NCBI RefSeq assembly: GCF_009914755.1
Contig: NC_060926.1
Source of the DNA: the human T2T-CHM13v2.0 reference genome, Homo sapiens
DNA length: 64,000 nucleotides
Direction: 5' to 3' (one strand)
A model generated the notes under the pieces. The model saw nothing but the letters and a program-made list of their open reading frames with translations, made no database searches and was not told the origin of the DNA. Positions 25,550 to 39,300 of the stretch are shown here, one piece after another (position 1 is the first letter of the stretch; each line of letters opens with the position of its first letter). The position numbers were made by a program, and so were the translations under genes.

Positions 25550-28470
25550 CAACTTGTTGGCATTTTGATTAAGATGTATTAAATGTATAAATTGATACAG
25601 TTTTGGAAAATGTTATATTTATATAGTGAATCTTCTTCTCAATTGACATTTATCCAAATATTTCAGGTATTTTTAAAACAACATTTTCTAAATGTCTTCC
25701 TAAAAATATGTTTTAAAAATTTATTCCTAAGATTTGGTGCCATTTCCAGTCATATTTTTGTTTTCTAAATTAATCATATCTTCTAAATATTTCTTTTGAG
25801 TATATAGGCAAACAATTGCTTTACATGTTGTTCATTTTAAAAGTTTTATCTTACAGCTTTGCTGGATTCTTTCATTAGTTATGATTGTCACTTTTCTTGA
25901 ATTTTTAAGCAGATAATCATATGATTATAAATGAGGAGAAATGTTTTTCTTCCTTTTTAATCATTCTAGGAGCTATTTTTAAATGAAATTTTATAAATGA
26001 TTTTAAATGGAATTCTAATGTTTTATCATTAAGTATAATGTTTGTTGCAAGTTTTAGATTAAGGAAGTTTCTTTCTATTCCTGAGTTGCTAAGAGTTTTC
26101 ATTAATACCTGCTGAGTAATATTAATATTTGTACGTTTGAGGTGCTAATTTTGAAATTTAATATGTTAATGAGGAAAATGTAACATAAAACTAAATGTTT
26201 TATGTCAAAACATTCTTACATTCTTAGAGAAACATAATTTGATTATGAGTTTCTGAATATTATTGAATTTGCTTTGCTATTATTTTATTTAATGCTCTTT
26301 TATCCAGATTTATGTGACAATACTTGCCCTTCTTTATAAGCTATTTGATGTTAATATTAGATTATACTTAATCTATGAAATGAATAAGGAATAATTTCCT
26401 CAATTTCTATTCTCTGAAACAGCTTAAATAAAATTGGATAATCTTGTTCTTCCACTTTTTTTGTAGAATTTAAATCTTTATTTGGCCTTTGCATGCCCTT
26501 TGTGCCTATTGTATATCTGTTAATAACTGACTTAATTTATTAAGTTGCTGTAGAATTAGTCAGCCTTTCAATTTCTTGTTGAATCAGTTATTTTCACCCA
26601 AAAGTATTGCCATGAAGATTACTATAATATTCATGTTAATTGTTTAATCTCTGCTCTAACTGTAAGTATGCAAATTTTTTCATTGCTGATATTGGTCTTA
26701 ACATTTTTAATGCACAGTATTTTCCTTACTTTATTTTTAAACTCATACTGTCTTTTGTTATTACTGCTTCTATATTTAATACAATTTAAATTCATCTGTA
26801 TGTTTAACAATTTATTTGCTTACCATTTCCCTCCCAGTATCTTACTTTTTCTGACTTCCAATTTTCTTTTTCTTGAAGATGTTATTTCTTTTAGAAGTTA
26901 TTTCTTTGAGAAACTTTTGGAGAAGGTGCTTAGTTACTGGTGTTGGAAAATCATTTATTCCACTATAAATTTTAAATGATTGTTTACTGGGGTATGGAAT
27001 TCTATATTACTAGTTACTTTTTCTCAGCATGTTAATACATTATCTCACTATCTTTTACTTGCTTAATAGGTCTATTGTAGTCTAATGTTCTTCTTATTTA
27101 GGTAATTTGTCATTTCTTCCTTTTGGCTTCTAAGCTCTTCCTTTTGTGGTATCTGGATTTACTTTTGTATTTGCTTAGAGGCAGATTTATTATATCCAAA
27201 TTATTTTATACTCATTGTGATTTTCAAATCTATGGATTTTTCTATTTTTTCTATTCTTGGAAATACTCACACTCTTTTCATTCATTCTATTCACTACTTT
27301 GGCAACTCCTAATGGATATATGATGGAAATACGTATTCTACTTCTGGGTTTCTTAAGCAATCTTCATATAAATGAACACAGTTTCTGCTGCTTGCTGCTT
27401 ACAAAGCCAAAAAACACAAACAAGTTTTGGTGGAAGGAAAGTGACTTTGTTTTCCAAAGCTAGCAGTGGTGAAATGGTTCAGTCTTCTGCCTTAAAGAAA
27501 CCATTTCAAGTTTTCTGGGCAGAATACACAAAGAGGAGTTTGGAATGAAGAGCAGGCAGAAGGGGTGAGGTGGTGTGGTCTGAGTGACTTACTCTGATTA
27601 CCTGTCTTGAGTTATTACCCCATCTGGTGAATGGGTTGGTGCTATCTCAGGCCAGACTGAGTTGTAAATTAGCCACAGCCTTGAAGTGATCTCCTGGTGG
27701 GGGAGAATTTCATAGACACCTGGATTGCCTCAAGATTCAGTCTCTGGAACTTCTAAGCAAACCTAGTTAGATAAGCTAACAATGCAAAGGAGTGCCTGGT
27801 GTAAAGAAGGAGTGTCAAAGTTATTATTTTCTTATAAAGGTCCACAGAAGGAAAGAAAAAAAAAACCTTAAAAATAGGGTACTCCATTTCATTTACACAT
27901 CATATTTTTTATGTCTCTGTGCTAGATTCTGAATAATTTTTTCAAAGCTATCTTTAGCTTTTCCACTGACTTCTTTCCCTGGATCTATTATGTTGTTTTA
28001 TTCTCTATTAAATTTTTAATTAATGTTTTGTTAATTCTTAGTATTCTCAAAAGATACTTTTTTTTCTTTTTTTTTTAAATTCACTCAGGTTAAGAAAGGC
28101 AAGCTTTTTGATTGTCTATTTGTGCCAGAATAGAGATTCATTTTTATTTTTAGGCCATGTTTGCTCTGAGGACATACATGGTCTTTGAGAGCCTCAGCTT
28201 TGTGCATTGATTTGGAGCCCTACTCTGTCTCCTCTATACCAAAGTTTTCATCTCCTGTGGCCATTAAGCCCCAGTTCCTATTTTTTCCCCAATAGAAAAT
28301 CCTCACTTTCTCCCCATTATATTCCCAGTACCATTTCACATTTATCATTGTTTCTGATTCCCTCTTTATAATTTACCTCTCATGTTTTCCTTACTTCTGT
28401 AAAAACTTAAAGGGAACTTAAAGGAAATTTAAAAAATATTTTGTAAATAATTTCTGGGTGTTGTGGTGTA
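25550..28470 (-). mobile_element. Highly decayed L1ME/L1M remnant, interrupted by a MER67-like LTR
   Basis: ORF 25917-26102 MKTLSNSGIERNFLNL...ATNIILNDKTL resembles L1 ORF2 (KTLNKLGIEGNFLNL...TANIILNGEKL); ORF1-like antisense sequence near 26900-27350. Confidence 0.6.
27367..27891 (-). mobile_element. Solo MER67-like LTR (ERV1)
   Basis: Reverse complement aligns with 11285-11800 (taccctatttttaag, gcttatctaa, agaagttccagagactgaatcttg, cccattcacc); TSD ttca/ttta. Confidence 0.75.
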
Positions 28471-28609
28471 TGAGATTTTCACATGACATAGTCTGCATAT
28501 TGTTATTCAAAGGAGGGCGAAAGAGGAAGATCAGCATTTACTGATCTCTTTATACAGCCTCCTACATAGCATTGCACTGGGACTTTCACATATATCACTT
28601 CTCTCTCTC

Positions 28610-28907
28610 TTTTTTTTTTTTTTTTTTCGTGGCGGAGTCTCGCTCTGTCTCCCAGGCTGGAGTGCAGTGGTGCAATCTTAGCTTACTGGAACCTCTGCCT
28701 CCCAGGTTTAAGCAATTCTATGAATCAGCCTCTGGAGTAGCTGGGATTACAGGCACATGCCACCATGCCCGGCTAACTTTTGTATTTTTAGTAGACACGG
28801 GGTTTTTCCATCATGGCCAGGCTGGTCTTGAACTCCTGACCTCGTGATCCACCTGCCTCAGTCTCCCAAAGTGCTGGTATTATAAGCGTGAGACACTGCG
28901 CCTGGCC
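28610..28907 (-). mobile_element. AluS (Sg-like) inserted in a MIR fragment
   Basis: Full antisense dimer; TSD acttctct; MIR-like flanks at about 28530-28600 and 28910-28960. Confidence 0.93.
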
Positions 28908-29000
28908 CTACTTCTCTTAATCTTTACAAAAAAATATAAAGATTGAGGATATTATTAGCAGTGATGGGGTTAGATATGTATTTTTAGAAATATCACTTTA

Positions 29001-29322
<322 letters not shown>

Positions 29323-29371
29323 TTAAGAACAATTGTGGGCACCCCCAATGTTCTTGAAAATGTAATTTATC

Positions 29372-29468
29372 TATTGGAAATATATATATATATCATATAT
29401 ATCTCATATATATCCTATATTATATAATATTGGATATATGTAATATTTCCAATATTATATAATATTGG
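29372..29468. repeat. AT-rich palindromic tract
   Basis: Perfect 20-bp palindrome ccaatattatataatattgg at 29449-29468, 1-mismatch copy at 29414-29433, and (TA)n. Confidence 0.9.
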
Positions 29469-29589
29469 TTTTATTATAATTCAGAACAACATGGTAAAGT
29501 ACTTATTTTTCCTGGAGGACTGTGAATAAGAGACAATGTGTTATTAAACTAAAAGTATACTCTCAGGTGACATATTGAAGTTTGATATC

Positions 29590-29747
29590 TGCCAGGAATG
29601 GTAGCTTATGCCTGTAATCTCAGTACTTTGAGAGGCTGAGGCAGGAGAATTACTGCTTGAGGCCAGGAGTTTGAGGCCAACCTGGGCAATACCAAGAGAT
29701 ATTTTGTCTTTAAAAGCAAAAGAAAGAAAAATTTTAGATTAAAAAAA
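29590..29747 (+). mobile_element. Free left Alu monomer (FLAM)
   Basis: Single monomer with A-rich tail; TSD gaa(g/a)tttgatatc. Confidence 0.85.
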
Positions 29748-30751
29748 GAAATTTGATATCAATTAAGTTTGCTTTCTACTTTTCAGGGGCTATATTATTG
29801 AAGTAGTAAAAGAAGATTAATGATAAAGACACTTCACTTCTAATAAGGCAGTCCTGAAACCTGAATCCTAGATTAAATACGTCATAGATCTCTGATGGAT
29901 TCTCCTAGATTGACACAGTCCTGAATCACATACAAATCATACTCATGTAGGTACTTGTTACTTGACTTTTAAAAATATTTTATTTCGATTTATATCCCTA
30001 CATTTTTAGCACTTTGAAGGGAAAAAAAGATCAGCAGACATCTCCTTCAGCAATTCCTCTCTCTGCTTTGATTTGTGACCATTGTGTGTGTTTCCTGCTG
30101 CTCGACTCTTCTGTTCTTTGACCTTGTCTAGATCATCTCTCTTTTGGCCAGCTTTTAATGGAAGGCTTTTATTGAGTCTTTTCACCCTAACCTCCTAATA
30201 TTTGCCAACCTTTAACCTTGTTAAAGGTTCAGCATCTTCAGAAGTCACTTGATATGGGCACATTTTTCAACCATAGCCTTTGAACTTTTAAGTGAGGGCA
30301 GGACCTGGTTTCTTACTGTGCTGATGCATGAGTTATCTTGAAAATCTGAAGTCTGCAGCTGTTAGCTCAAGGACAACCCAAGGGAGATGTCCTTTTCCTT
30401 CTAAACTTCTAAAGAAATTTCTTTGTGCTCAGTGCAGGCAGAAGGAAGTGGGGGAGATAACAGCACTATAATAAGCCGACCCCCTTAATCCAAATGTTTT
30501 AAGTCCAAGAAACTTTTTTCCCCTTCTCCTTAAGGAAGTGAATAGCTGCAGGAAGAACATGGTATCGCATCGTGGTTTTTCTTCACAGAATAGATGTGCA
30601 TCTACTTTAAACAAGATCATTAAAAGACTTGTAACTATAGAAAAGAAACCTGAAGTCAGCTTTTTCACTCTTAAACATGCTTCACAATTTTTCTTCCTGG
30701 TAGTTTAGAAAGAGAGCAGTTGCACAGAGCAAGCAGAGCAAGATCCTGTCT

Positions 30752-30775
30752 GAAAGAAGGAAAGAAAGAAAGAAA

Positions 30776-30834
<59 letters not shown>
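30752..30834. repeat. (GAAA)n tetranucleotide STR
   Basis: About 20 GAAA-type units with interruptions, preceded by the Alu-3'-end-like cagagcaagatcctgtct. Confidence 0.97.
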
Positions 30835-30837
<3 letters not shown>

Positions 30838-31837
30838 CATACATAAGAAAGTATGTATGTAATACCACTTTGGAAACCAGCATTCACCTGAGATGTCTAA
30901 TTACTATATGTAAATGATATTTCTTATGTATAAATCACTTTTCTTTGAAGACATTCTTTAACATTTTACCCTTGAAGGATACTATTAAATCCAGAACAAG
31001 CTCCATTATCACTGAGAATGAATTTCACAATACTTTTGGTTGGTGATATAACGACTGGTGTGTTTTTTCCATCTTTTCCCTTGGTATGTCTTCCTATGCA
31101 AAAGAAGATATGGTGCTCTTTAATTGGTTAGAGATTTTATCGCTTATGGCACAGAATAGAATATGCACATATAGGGCCAGGGATGGGGACAGTGAAGGAA
31201 AAAATTGGATCATTAAGCATTTGTCAAACTGTTAAAGGAATAGCCCGGAGAAAACAACCAAACTAATTGTACATAGCTACTAACTGCTAAATTTCTTTCA
31301 AGAGAACCAGGAGACTTCATAGGACTATACTGTCTACTTACAGAGTTGCTCATTTACTTGAGGAGACAAAGATGAAACCTAAGACAACTAGAAAACTAGT
31401 GGGAGATGTTATTGGCTATGTCTAAGAACAAATTGTGGACATGGAGGTGTCATTTTCTGTGAAATTCAGGAAAGTCTTAAGACTTGAACTGAACCTTTAA
31501 AGATAAGCTGAAGTTAAACTGATGGGAAAAAACAGTATTTAGAGTGTTTTAAGTGATTGTAGGGTTTATGTGTGTGTAGGAGGCGTGGGGAGGTGGGCAG
31601 TTTGAAACCCTCAGTGAACTTCTAATGGGAAATAAGCCTGAAGAGACAGTATATTTCTATATATCTTTCAAAATACATTAGTGAGAAAACTATATATATG
31701 ACTTCCTGAATCCATGTGCAGGATTCATCATTACTTCCCTATTGTTCCATTTCAAATCTTTGTAATGAGGTTTAATATAAATACTTATTTAAATAAAGCA
31801 AATGTTCTATTTTTAAAGAGGTTTTCCCATTCCATCT

Positions 31838-31937
31838 CAATTAGATAGTAGGTCCATAAAGCCCGTACTATACTTTAAATCCCAAGTGTCTAACTTAGTG
31901 CCTGAAACAAACTTGGTGTTGATTGAATCTTTGTTAA
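31838..31937 (+). mobile_element. L2 3' end fragment, followed by a GA-rich tract
   Basis: ttagatagtaggtccat...atcccaagtgtctaacttagtgcctgaaaca...gaatctttgtt. Confidence 0.5.
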
Positions 31938-32593
31938 AGGGAGAGAGAAAAGGAAAGAAAGAGAGAGAAGAAAGAGAGGGAAGCAAGAATGTTAACTGAG
32001 TGACAAGACAATCATTACTATGGGAAAAATGCTTTCCAGTTTGTTAGTTGTTGTTCTTTTTTTGTTTGCTTATTTGTTCATTTGTAACTGTAAGAGAAAA
32101 TATCTTCCATTGAACCGAATAATTCTAGCCAAACATTCTTCTTCCAAACTTAACAAAATTAAGTCTACTGGGAACTTAATTGGTTTAGACAGACAAACTT
32201 CTGGGTGATTATTTCTTTCTCATCTTTCAACTAGACTCTTTTGATATCAATAGCATGTAGTCATTGTTACATCTTCCCCTTGGTGGTAGCTGCTCTGTCT
32301 ATCCTGTTTATTGTGCGTCTCTTTTGAATAGTACTTTGTATTTTAGTACTTAATAAATAAGTATTGATATTGTTAGAACTTTTGAAATCTATTTTTAAAT
32401 TTTCTTATGTTTTGTACAGAGGACATTTGCAGAACACATTATAAAAACACAAACTGTGACACTTTTAATTGTGATCATTAGACTAGGTTTTAACTACATA
32501 CCTGCTGCGTTGATGGGATCATATTTTCCAACCAGTCTGCTTTAGAACTAATGGTGTATATAATTGAGTTGCTGAGATTTCCAATACCTGAAG

Positions 32594-32626
<33 letters not shown>

Positions 32627-32629
32627 TAT
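32594..32629. repeat. A17-(TA)n compound microsatellite
   Basis: Read directly. Confidence 0.95.
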
Positions 32630-33834
32630 GTTGTAACTATTACTGAATACTTTGTCACTCACTTTCACTCCTTAGAGAAAGTAATAAAAGTACTAATGAA
32701 AATTAACCATAATTTTTATCAGACTACATGCTTCTGGCAGGTTTTGAAGGGAGTAGGGAGTGAGAGGTTGTAGATACCATAACATTGACAAGGTGGTATT
32801 CCCCTGTTTTCTTTCCATTAAAAATGCAACTCTTAAAGACTGTTCTTATGCCTTAGGCTGAATGATGCCAGCTCCAATAAAGACAATTCAAAAGCCCCTG
32901 AGTTAAAAAAAAAAATGCCTGCCTTATGCAGACTCTGATAGACTCTCTCAGTTCTTACTTAAAAGTCAAAAAAGCAGGTAGATTTTGAAGAATAAAACTG
33001 TCAGACTACATGCTGCGTTTTTTTTTTTTTTTTCAGTGAAAGAGAAAGGTCACTGGGAAGGAATGCTTAAATTAAAATGGAAATCTGGGGCTTAAGGAGC
33101 TAAATGTGGCTCTAACCTTTAACAAAATAAGCACAGAATTGTTTAAGATGAGGTTTTCCTTTATTTCCCCTTTTCCCATCATCACCTCTTCAGTGAAAAT
33201 GTCATATACAATATATCAATATTAACTCTTCTTCTTGGCTTGCATCAAGAAAGCTATGTGAAAATGACCAGTATGAGGAATAAAAATAATACCCTGATTT
33301 ACAAGATGAGGGTAGTTTTATAGGTGGGAGTTGTATTAATCTATCACAAAATGTTCAGAAACAGTAGAGATGGTGTGTGGAGCCACAGAAAGCCTCACCT
33401 TGAAGACTAGTGCTTCCCTCTTCCTGGTGACCTAGGGGCTGTCTTATGTTAAAGTCAATTAAATGGTATCAGTGTTGGAGATAGGATCTCCACAGTACAA
33501 ATTCTCACTAAATTCTTAGCCCAAATCTAAACAAATCCATCCATTTTTATCCCTTTGCCATAATTTTCAACTTCATTCCAGTAAGTTTCTCTTGTGGAAT
33601 TTCATTAAGTAATTTATCTTAACAACGTTATATTACCCTGATAGCAGTTTACATCCTGGATACATCACAGTTAGAAATGTTTCAAGCAGTAAGTAAACAC
33701 CACTATCAACACTAATATAATTTGAAGCAATAAAAATTCTGAGTCAAGAAAGCACATCTATAAGACAGAACCATATTTACTCATTTTTTTGTTAGTATTG
33801 ACTAAAATTGGAATGTAGCAAAAATTACAGTTTT

Positions 33835-33960
33835 TGATTAAGTTGACAAATATATTGAGTACACACTGTGTATCAGGCTTGCTAATAAATGCTGAATATT
33901 GAGATCTAAGAGGCAATAAGATATGGAAATGGCTCTTCAGGAAGTTAGGGTATTCTGAAG
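33835..33960 (-). mobile_element. L2 3' end fragment
   Basis: ttgacaaatatattgagtacacactgtgtatcagg...aataagatatgg...ctcttcaggaagtt. Confidence 0.6.
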
Positions 33961-34764
33961 AAAAAAATTGACTATACAATGTTAAAATGGTAAGTATATA
34001 ATAAAATAATTTGGAAAATCCTTTTATTTGAGGATTTGAAAAATAAAAGACTACAAATAACTTGAATGCTTTAGAGGACAGGAGAGATGATAACACAACA
34101 ACTTTATTTTTCATGAATTCCAATATGAAAATCCGCTGAAAATGATTGCTCCTCCCTCTGGAAAAATGCACATATAAAAACATACAAATATATGTATGAA
34201 CATTTTCATAACATTTGGAGACTGCTTAGGGACCCAAGTAAAGAAAACTTGACTTTATTTGCCAGTGATTTAGTGAATACTTGTGACATACAAGACCTTA
34301 ACTTAGGACTACCAAGAACACATGAAATTTCTGTCCCCTGAAAATCTAGAAGAGGAAACAAGGTGTAACATTGAAACAGAATAGATAAACAATATAAAAG
34401 AGGCATGAACTCTGTGTCTGGCTTCTGAAGAATAAACATTGAAAGCTTAATAGTTTTTCATTTTTCTTAAGAGGGTATAGAATGGAAAAGGATCATTAGA
34501 TTGGGTTTCCTACTTGTAGAAACTACAAAATATTTATTATTTTGAAACAATATTATTACAACTACTTGAAATTAACTTTCTACTTCTGATGGTATTTTAA
34601 TACCTTAAAATATTTGAGTATAAAATTTATTCTTGTTCACTTTCTTTCATTGTATTTATCCCTCTGAAGTACAGAGCCAACAACAGAAATGTGCAGAAAA
34701 CAGGAGATAACTTTGAATATTGACATTCCAGCTGTCTTTGTTGAGTAACAAACTATACCATAAT

Positions 34765-35489
34765 TTCTATGGACTGAATGTTTGTGCCTCCCCCATAAGT
34801 TCATATGTTGAAATCCTAATGCTCAATATTATACTAAGATGCAATAGGGCCATTGAGGTAATTATGTCACAAGAGTGGGCCTAATATGACCAATCCTATA
34901 TCAATGAGATTAGTGTTCTTACAAAAAGACACCAGACAGGCCCTGAGTACAGTATCTTAGGCCTGTAATCCCAGCACTTTGGGAGGCTGGGGTGGGAGGA
35001 TCACCTGAGCCCAGGAGTTCCAGACCAGCCTGGAAAACAGGGCAAGACACTGCCTCTACCAAAAAAGAAAAAAAAAAGAAAAGAAAATAATTAAATAATT
35101 AGCCTGGCTTGGTGGCATGCACATGTAGTCTCAGCTACTCAGGAGGCTGAGGTGGGAGGATTGCTTAATCCCATGAGATCAAAGGCTGCAGGGAGCCATA
35201 ATCGCACCGCTGCACTCCAGCCTGGTCGACAGAGCGGGACCCTGTCAAAAAAAAAAAAAAAAGACACCAGAGAGCTTGCTTTCTCTGTCTTTGCCCTCCA
35301 CCATGTTGAGGATACAAGGAGAAAATAAATGTCTGCAAGCCAGAAAAAAAGCCATCACTAGAACTGACCATGCTGGCACCCTGTCAACCTCCTTCAGACT
35401 TCCCAGCCTTCAGAACTGTGATAAATAAATTTCCATTATTTAAACCACCCAGTTTATGGTATTCTGTTATAGCGGCCCAAACTAAGATA
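34765..35489 (+). mobile_element. MLT1A/MSTD-like MaLR LTR, split by AluJ
   Basis: ctatggactgaatgtttgtgcctcccc...gttcatatgttgaaatcctaa...cagaactgtgataaataaat...actaagata; TSD ataat/ataac. Confidence 0.82.
34939..35262 (+). mobile_element. AluJ (Jo/Jr-like) with expanded middle A-tract
   Basis: ggaggatcacctgagcccagg, ggaggattgctt; TSD aaaaagacaccaga. Confidence 0.92.
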
Positions 35490-36269
35490 ATAACATAATA
35501 ATCCTAGAGGATTAAACAAAATACAACTTTTTAAAAGATAATTATTGTTACTAGATCTCACAATTTTGAGAGTCAGGAATTCAGACAGTGCTGAGTAGAC
35601 ATGGCTCATCTCTGTTCCATGATGTCTGTGGCCTCAGCTGGGAAGACTCAAAAGGCTGAGGCTAGAACAGCAAGGGGCACTTCTCTTGGGCTTCCAGATA
35701 GCATGACGATCTTAGAATAGTTGAACTTCTTACATGTAGACCTAGGGCTCCAAAAAACAAATGTTCCAAGAGGCCTTACAAAAGCTACAAGGCATCAGCA
35801 TTGACCCACACTATATCCTACACATCACTTCTGTCTATCAATTTCCATTAGTCAAGGAAGCCACTAATGCCAGCCTAGATACAAAGAATGGGGAATTAGA
35901 TTCTAGTTTTAGAGGAGATAACAGCAAAGAAAATTGGACTATATTTAATCTATAAAAATGGCAAGTACATGTATCTTCTGATGGAATTATTAACAGTCTA
36001 TAATTTTAAATAACTCAGGAATTGCTTATGACCTATATACAATATAGTCCATGGCCTTCCAGAATAAGTGTTGCATTGGACTTAAAAAAAACTGTGAGTA
36101 ATACTCAGTACAAGCTCTGGCATATAAAAGGTACTCAGTAAATACTTTCCAAATGATAAAATAAAAATTCAAAACAAATATTGATTAAAAATAATTGATA
36201 ATTTATTAACAACAATGTTCAAACAAGTGGTTTGATAAATTCACTGTGACATGTACTTATCCATTGTAA

Positions 36270-36500
36270 GAGTAATGTGCTGGAAATATTTTTACTAGCT
36301 CAAAAGAGCCAATTGTTAACAGTGTTAACGTTTTCATAATTACAACCAGATTTATAGCATGATGGTAGCTTGAAATTGATCATGATGAAAGTATTTACAT
36401 TACAAAATCAGCAGGTATTTCAAATCAGGCCTTTTTATTACTTTCACCTCTCACCTCCACCCTTAGAGAGCTGGACTTAAAACATTTATCTGCAATACTT
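36270..36500 (+). mobile_element. MER63A-like hAT-Blackjack fossil
   Basis: gtaatgtgctgg...aagagccaattgttaa...ggtagcttgaaattgatcatgatgaaagtatttaca...caaatcaggcc. Confidence 0.65.
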
Positions 36501-36664
36501 CTGAGAGTATATCTGCAGCATAGTGAAGATCTTGCCTGGTTCTTCATATTTTTCTAACTCTTCCATTTAGACCTGTTCATCTAAACCCATGCTCTTGGGA
36601 AAAATCCTTTCCCTCGTCAAAGATATTTAAGAAGACTTTGCATAGTTCAGATTTTAAAACATCA

Positions 36665-36972
<308 letters not shown>

Positions 36973-38669
36973 TCAGTTTTTATTTATGGTCTGCTCTGTT
37001 TTGAAATTTGTAATTAGATTTTCTACATTGAGATGTATGAAGTGCCAGTCCTGCTCCTAGGACTGCTAATTGGCACCCAAACTTGTCTTTCCTAATTCAC
37101 AAATCTGTACTGTGTTATCATGCCATTTCCTATAAGACTGTGGTTTGCCTTGCTCTTCACAGTTCTCTAGTTAACCCAGAAGTTTGACCCAGAAATTTAA
37201 CTCTATGAAAGATCTTACTAGCTAGGATCTCTGCATTCTTAGCCAGTCTTCGGGAACAACAACTTGTCACTCATTCTTGATCTCCCTGCCTCTACTTTTC
37301 CCTGGCTTGGACCACCCCTACCAAGGATTAACTGGAAAATGCTGCCAGGTAGAGGTACTGTTTTACTCTACCTCTATTGCACTCCAGGGGTTCTCCTCCC
37401 TTAATTCCACCACTCACACAGACACATTAACACATCCCATTGACCTCCCTCACTACCAGAAAAGCTGTGGGAAGCCAAACCCAAAGTTAAATACTTTGTT
37501 AGGACTGCTTTGACATAGTAGTAATGGTGACATGACCAGTTTAGTCATATCAGATTCAAAAGTTCATGCAGCTTATGCATGATTAATTGACAAGATGGCA
37601 ACCACATGTAAATAGCTACTGGGCTTTCTGCCACATGAGATATTATCAGCTTATATCTGTATCAACTGCTCAAGCAGCAAGCATTTTATCTGAGAAAAAA
37701 TGTTAAAAGGTAGTCCCTTGTTCAATGCATTTCAAATCTCATTTTTTGAAGAGGTACTAAATATTGTGCAAAGAATTATCCAACTCATTGTAAAAAGATT
37801 TGACAACTATTCATACAATAAAACAATAAATTATCCTTAATGGCAAAGAAATCACATTAGCTAGAGCACTTGAAGCTCTCTGCTTATTGATAATAGACAC
37901 TAATCTAAAAAGCAGTAATCTCTCCGCTTACTTTCATTTTCATATACATTTGTTTGAGCAGTAGTGTTTCATCAAGCATGGTAATGCTCCACTAGTTTTG
38001 CCAGCTTTAGAGTAAACCTACAGTCATAAAATAGTGTACCTCTCCAAAAGAAACCTGCTAAGCCCAAAATATATATATTACTTTTCTCAAAAAGTAATTT
38101 GTGTATTTATAGTTATATTAGATAATTATTCAAAGATCTTTGAAACATAATGTTGCTTGTTTGTGCTAATTTATATTAGGGAGGGACTTCTTCAATTTAA
38201 TCTTTCAAAAGTCTTCATATAAAATGTGCCTATTGTAGCAGAGCTCTTTAGACACATAGTAATAATTACAATTTCAGTGCATCCCTTTCTAAGTACATTA
38301 CCTTAGCTGTGGGGTGATATATGAGGGACATGAACTAGTACATAGTGAAAACTTATGTATGTCAGCTAATGCACCTGTTCCTTGTAATATAATGGGTCAG
38401 AGGTTCCAGTGTGAAGTTAATACTATACTTCTTGCTATTTTTCAAAATTCCTTACATTTGTATTTTTAATACATTCAATGCACAGTAATTTTGTAATTTG
38501 TGCATGACTGATATTAGGGCTCTTATTTTAGAGCTATAAAAAACACGCAGAAAGACACATTTACATATTGCATACTCACCTTTTGGCAAATAAGAAACTA
38601 AAATCTAGATTCTCTGAATTATAGTTTCTGAATTATATTTTTATGTATAAAATATATTTTCATTAAAGC

Positions 38670-39300
38670 GTTCATTCACACTTGCTTACAAGCATCTGTT
38701 TTATAATCACAATTTATTTAGAAGATGCAAATAAAATGGGTTACTTAGATAAGGTGCCTTCCTTCAAGGAGCTCATAGACTGCAGGAGAAGAAAACACAT
38801 AAATATATATCAAATAATTGCCTTTGTAGAGTGTCATAAATGAGAATTTGGGGGGTGGTCAAGGATGATTTGCAAGAGGAGTGATATCAATCTGCACATT
38901 TGTTTAAGGAGGTATCACTATAAACATAAAATGGGAGAAGTGAGAGAAAGGGGTGAGAGTACGTAGGAGGAGTACACTTAAATGCCTAGAGGCAAGAGGG
39001 ATCAACGCATTAGGGGAACCAGAAGCAGCTCAGGACAGCTGGACCACAGAATGTGCAGAGGCAGTAACATGACAGAGGTTGGGGTGAGAATACATAGGAG
39101 GATTACACTTAAATGCCTAGAGGCAAGAAGGACCAACACATTAGGGGAACCAGGAGCAGCTCAGGACAGCTGGACCACAGAATGTGCAGAAGCAGTAACA
39201 TGACAGAGGTTGGAAAGGTATAGAAAGGTCATAGGACCTCTCAATTTTCATTCTGAAGGCAATGAGCATCATGAATTTAATATAAAGTGATAAGACATTT
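38670..39300 (-). mobile_element. L2 fragment containing the 131-bp tandem duplication
   Basis: ttcattcacac...ccttccttcaaggagctcatagact...ggtggtcaaggatgattt...ttcattctgaaggcaatg. Confidence 0.55.
38950..39213. repeat. 131-bp tandem duplication (2 copies, ~94% identical)
   Basis: Units 38950-39080 and 39081-39211; 8 substitutions, no indels by my count. Confidence 0.95.

Larger units (their letters stand above)
34721..35955 (-). mobile_element. Old MaLR LTR (MLT1H-like), split by MLT1A
   Basis: gagtaacaaactatacc | ...gtcaggaattcagacagtgctgagtagacatggctcatctctgttccatgatgtctgtggcctcagctgggaagactc...gccagcctagatacaaagaatgggga. Confidence 0.75.
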
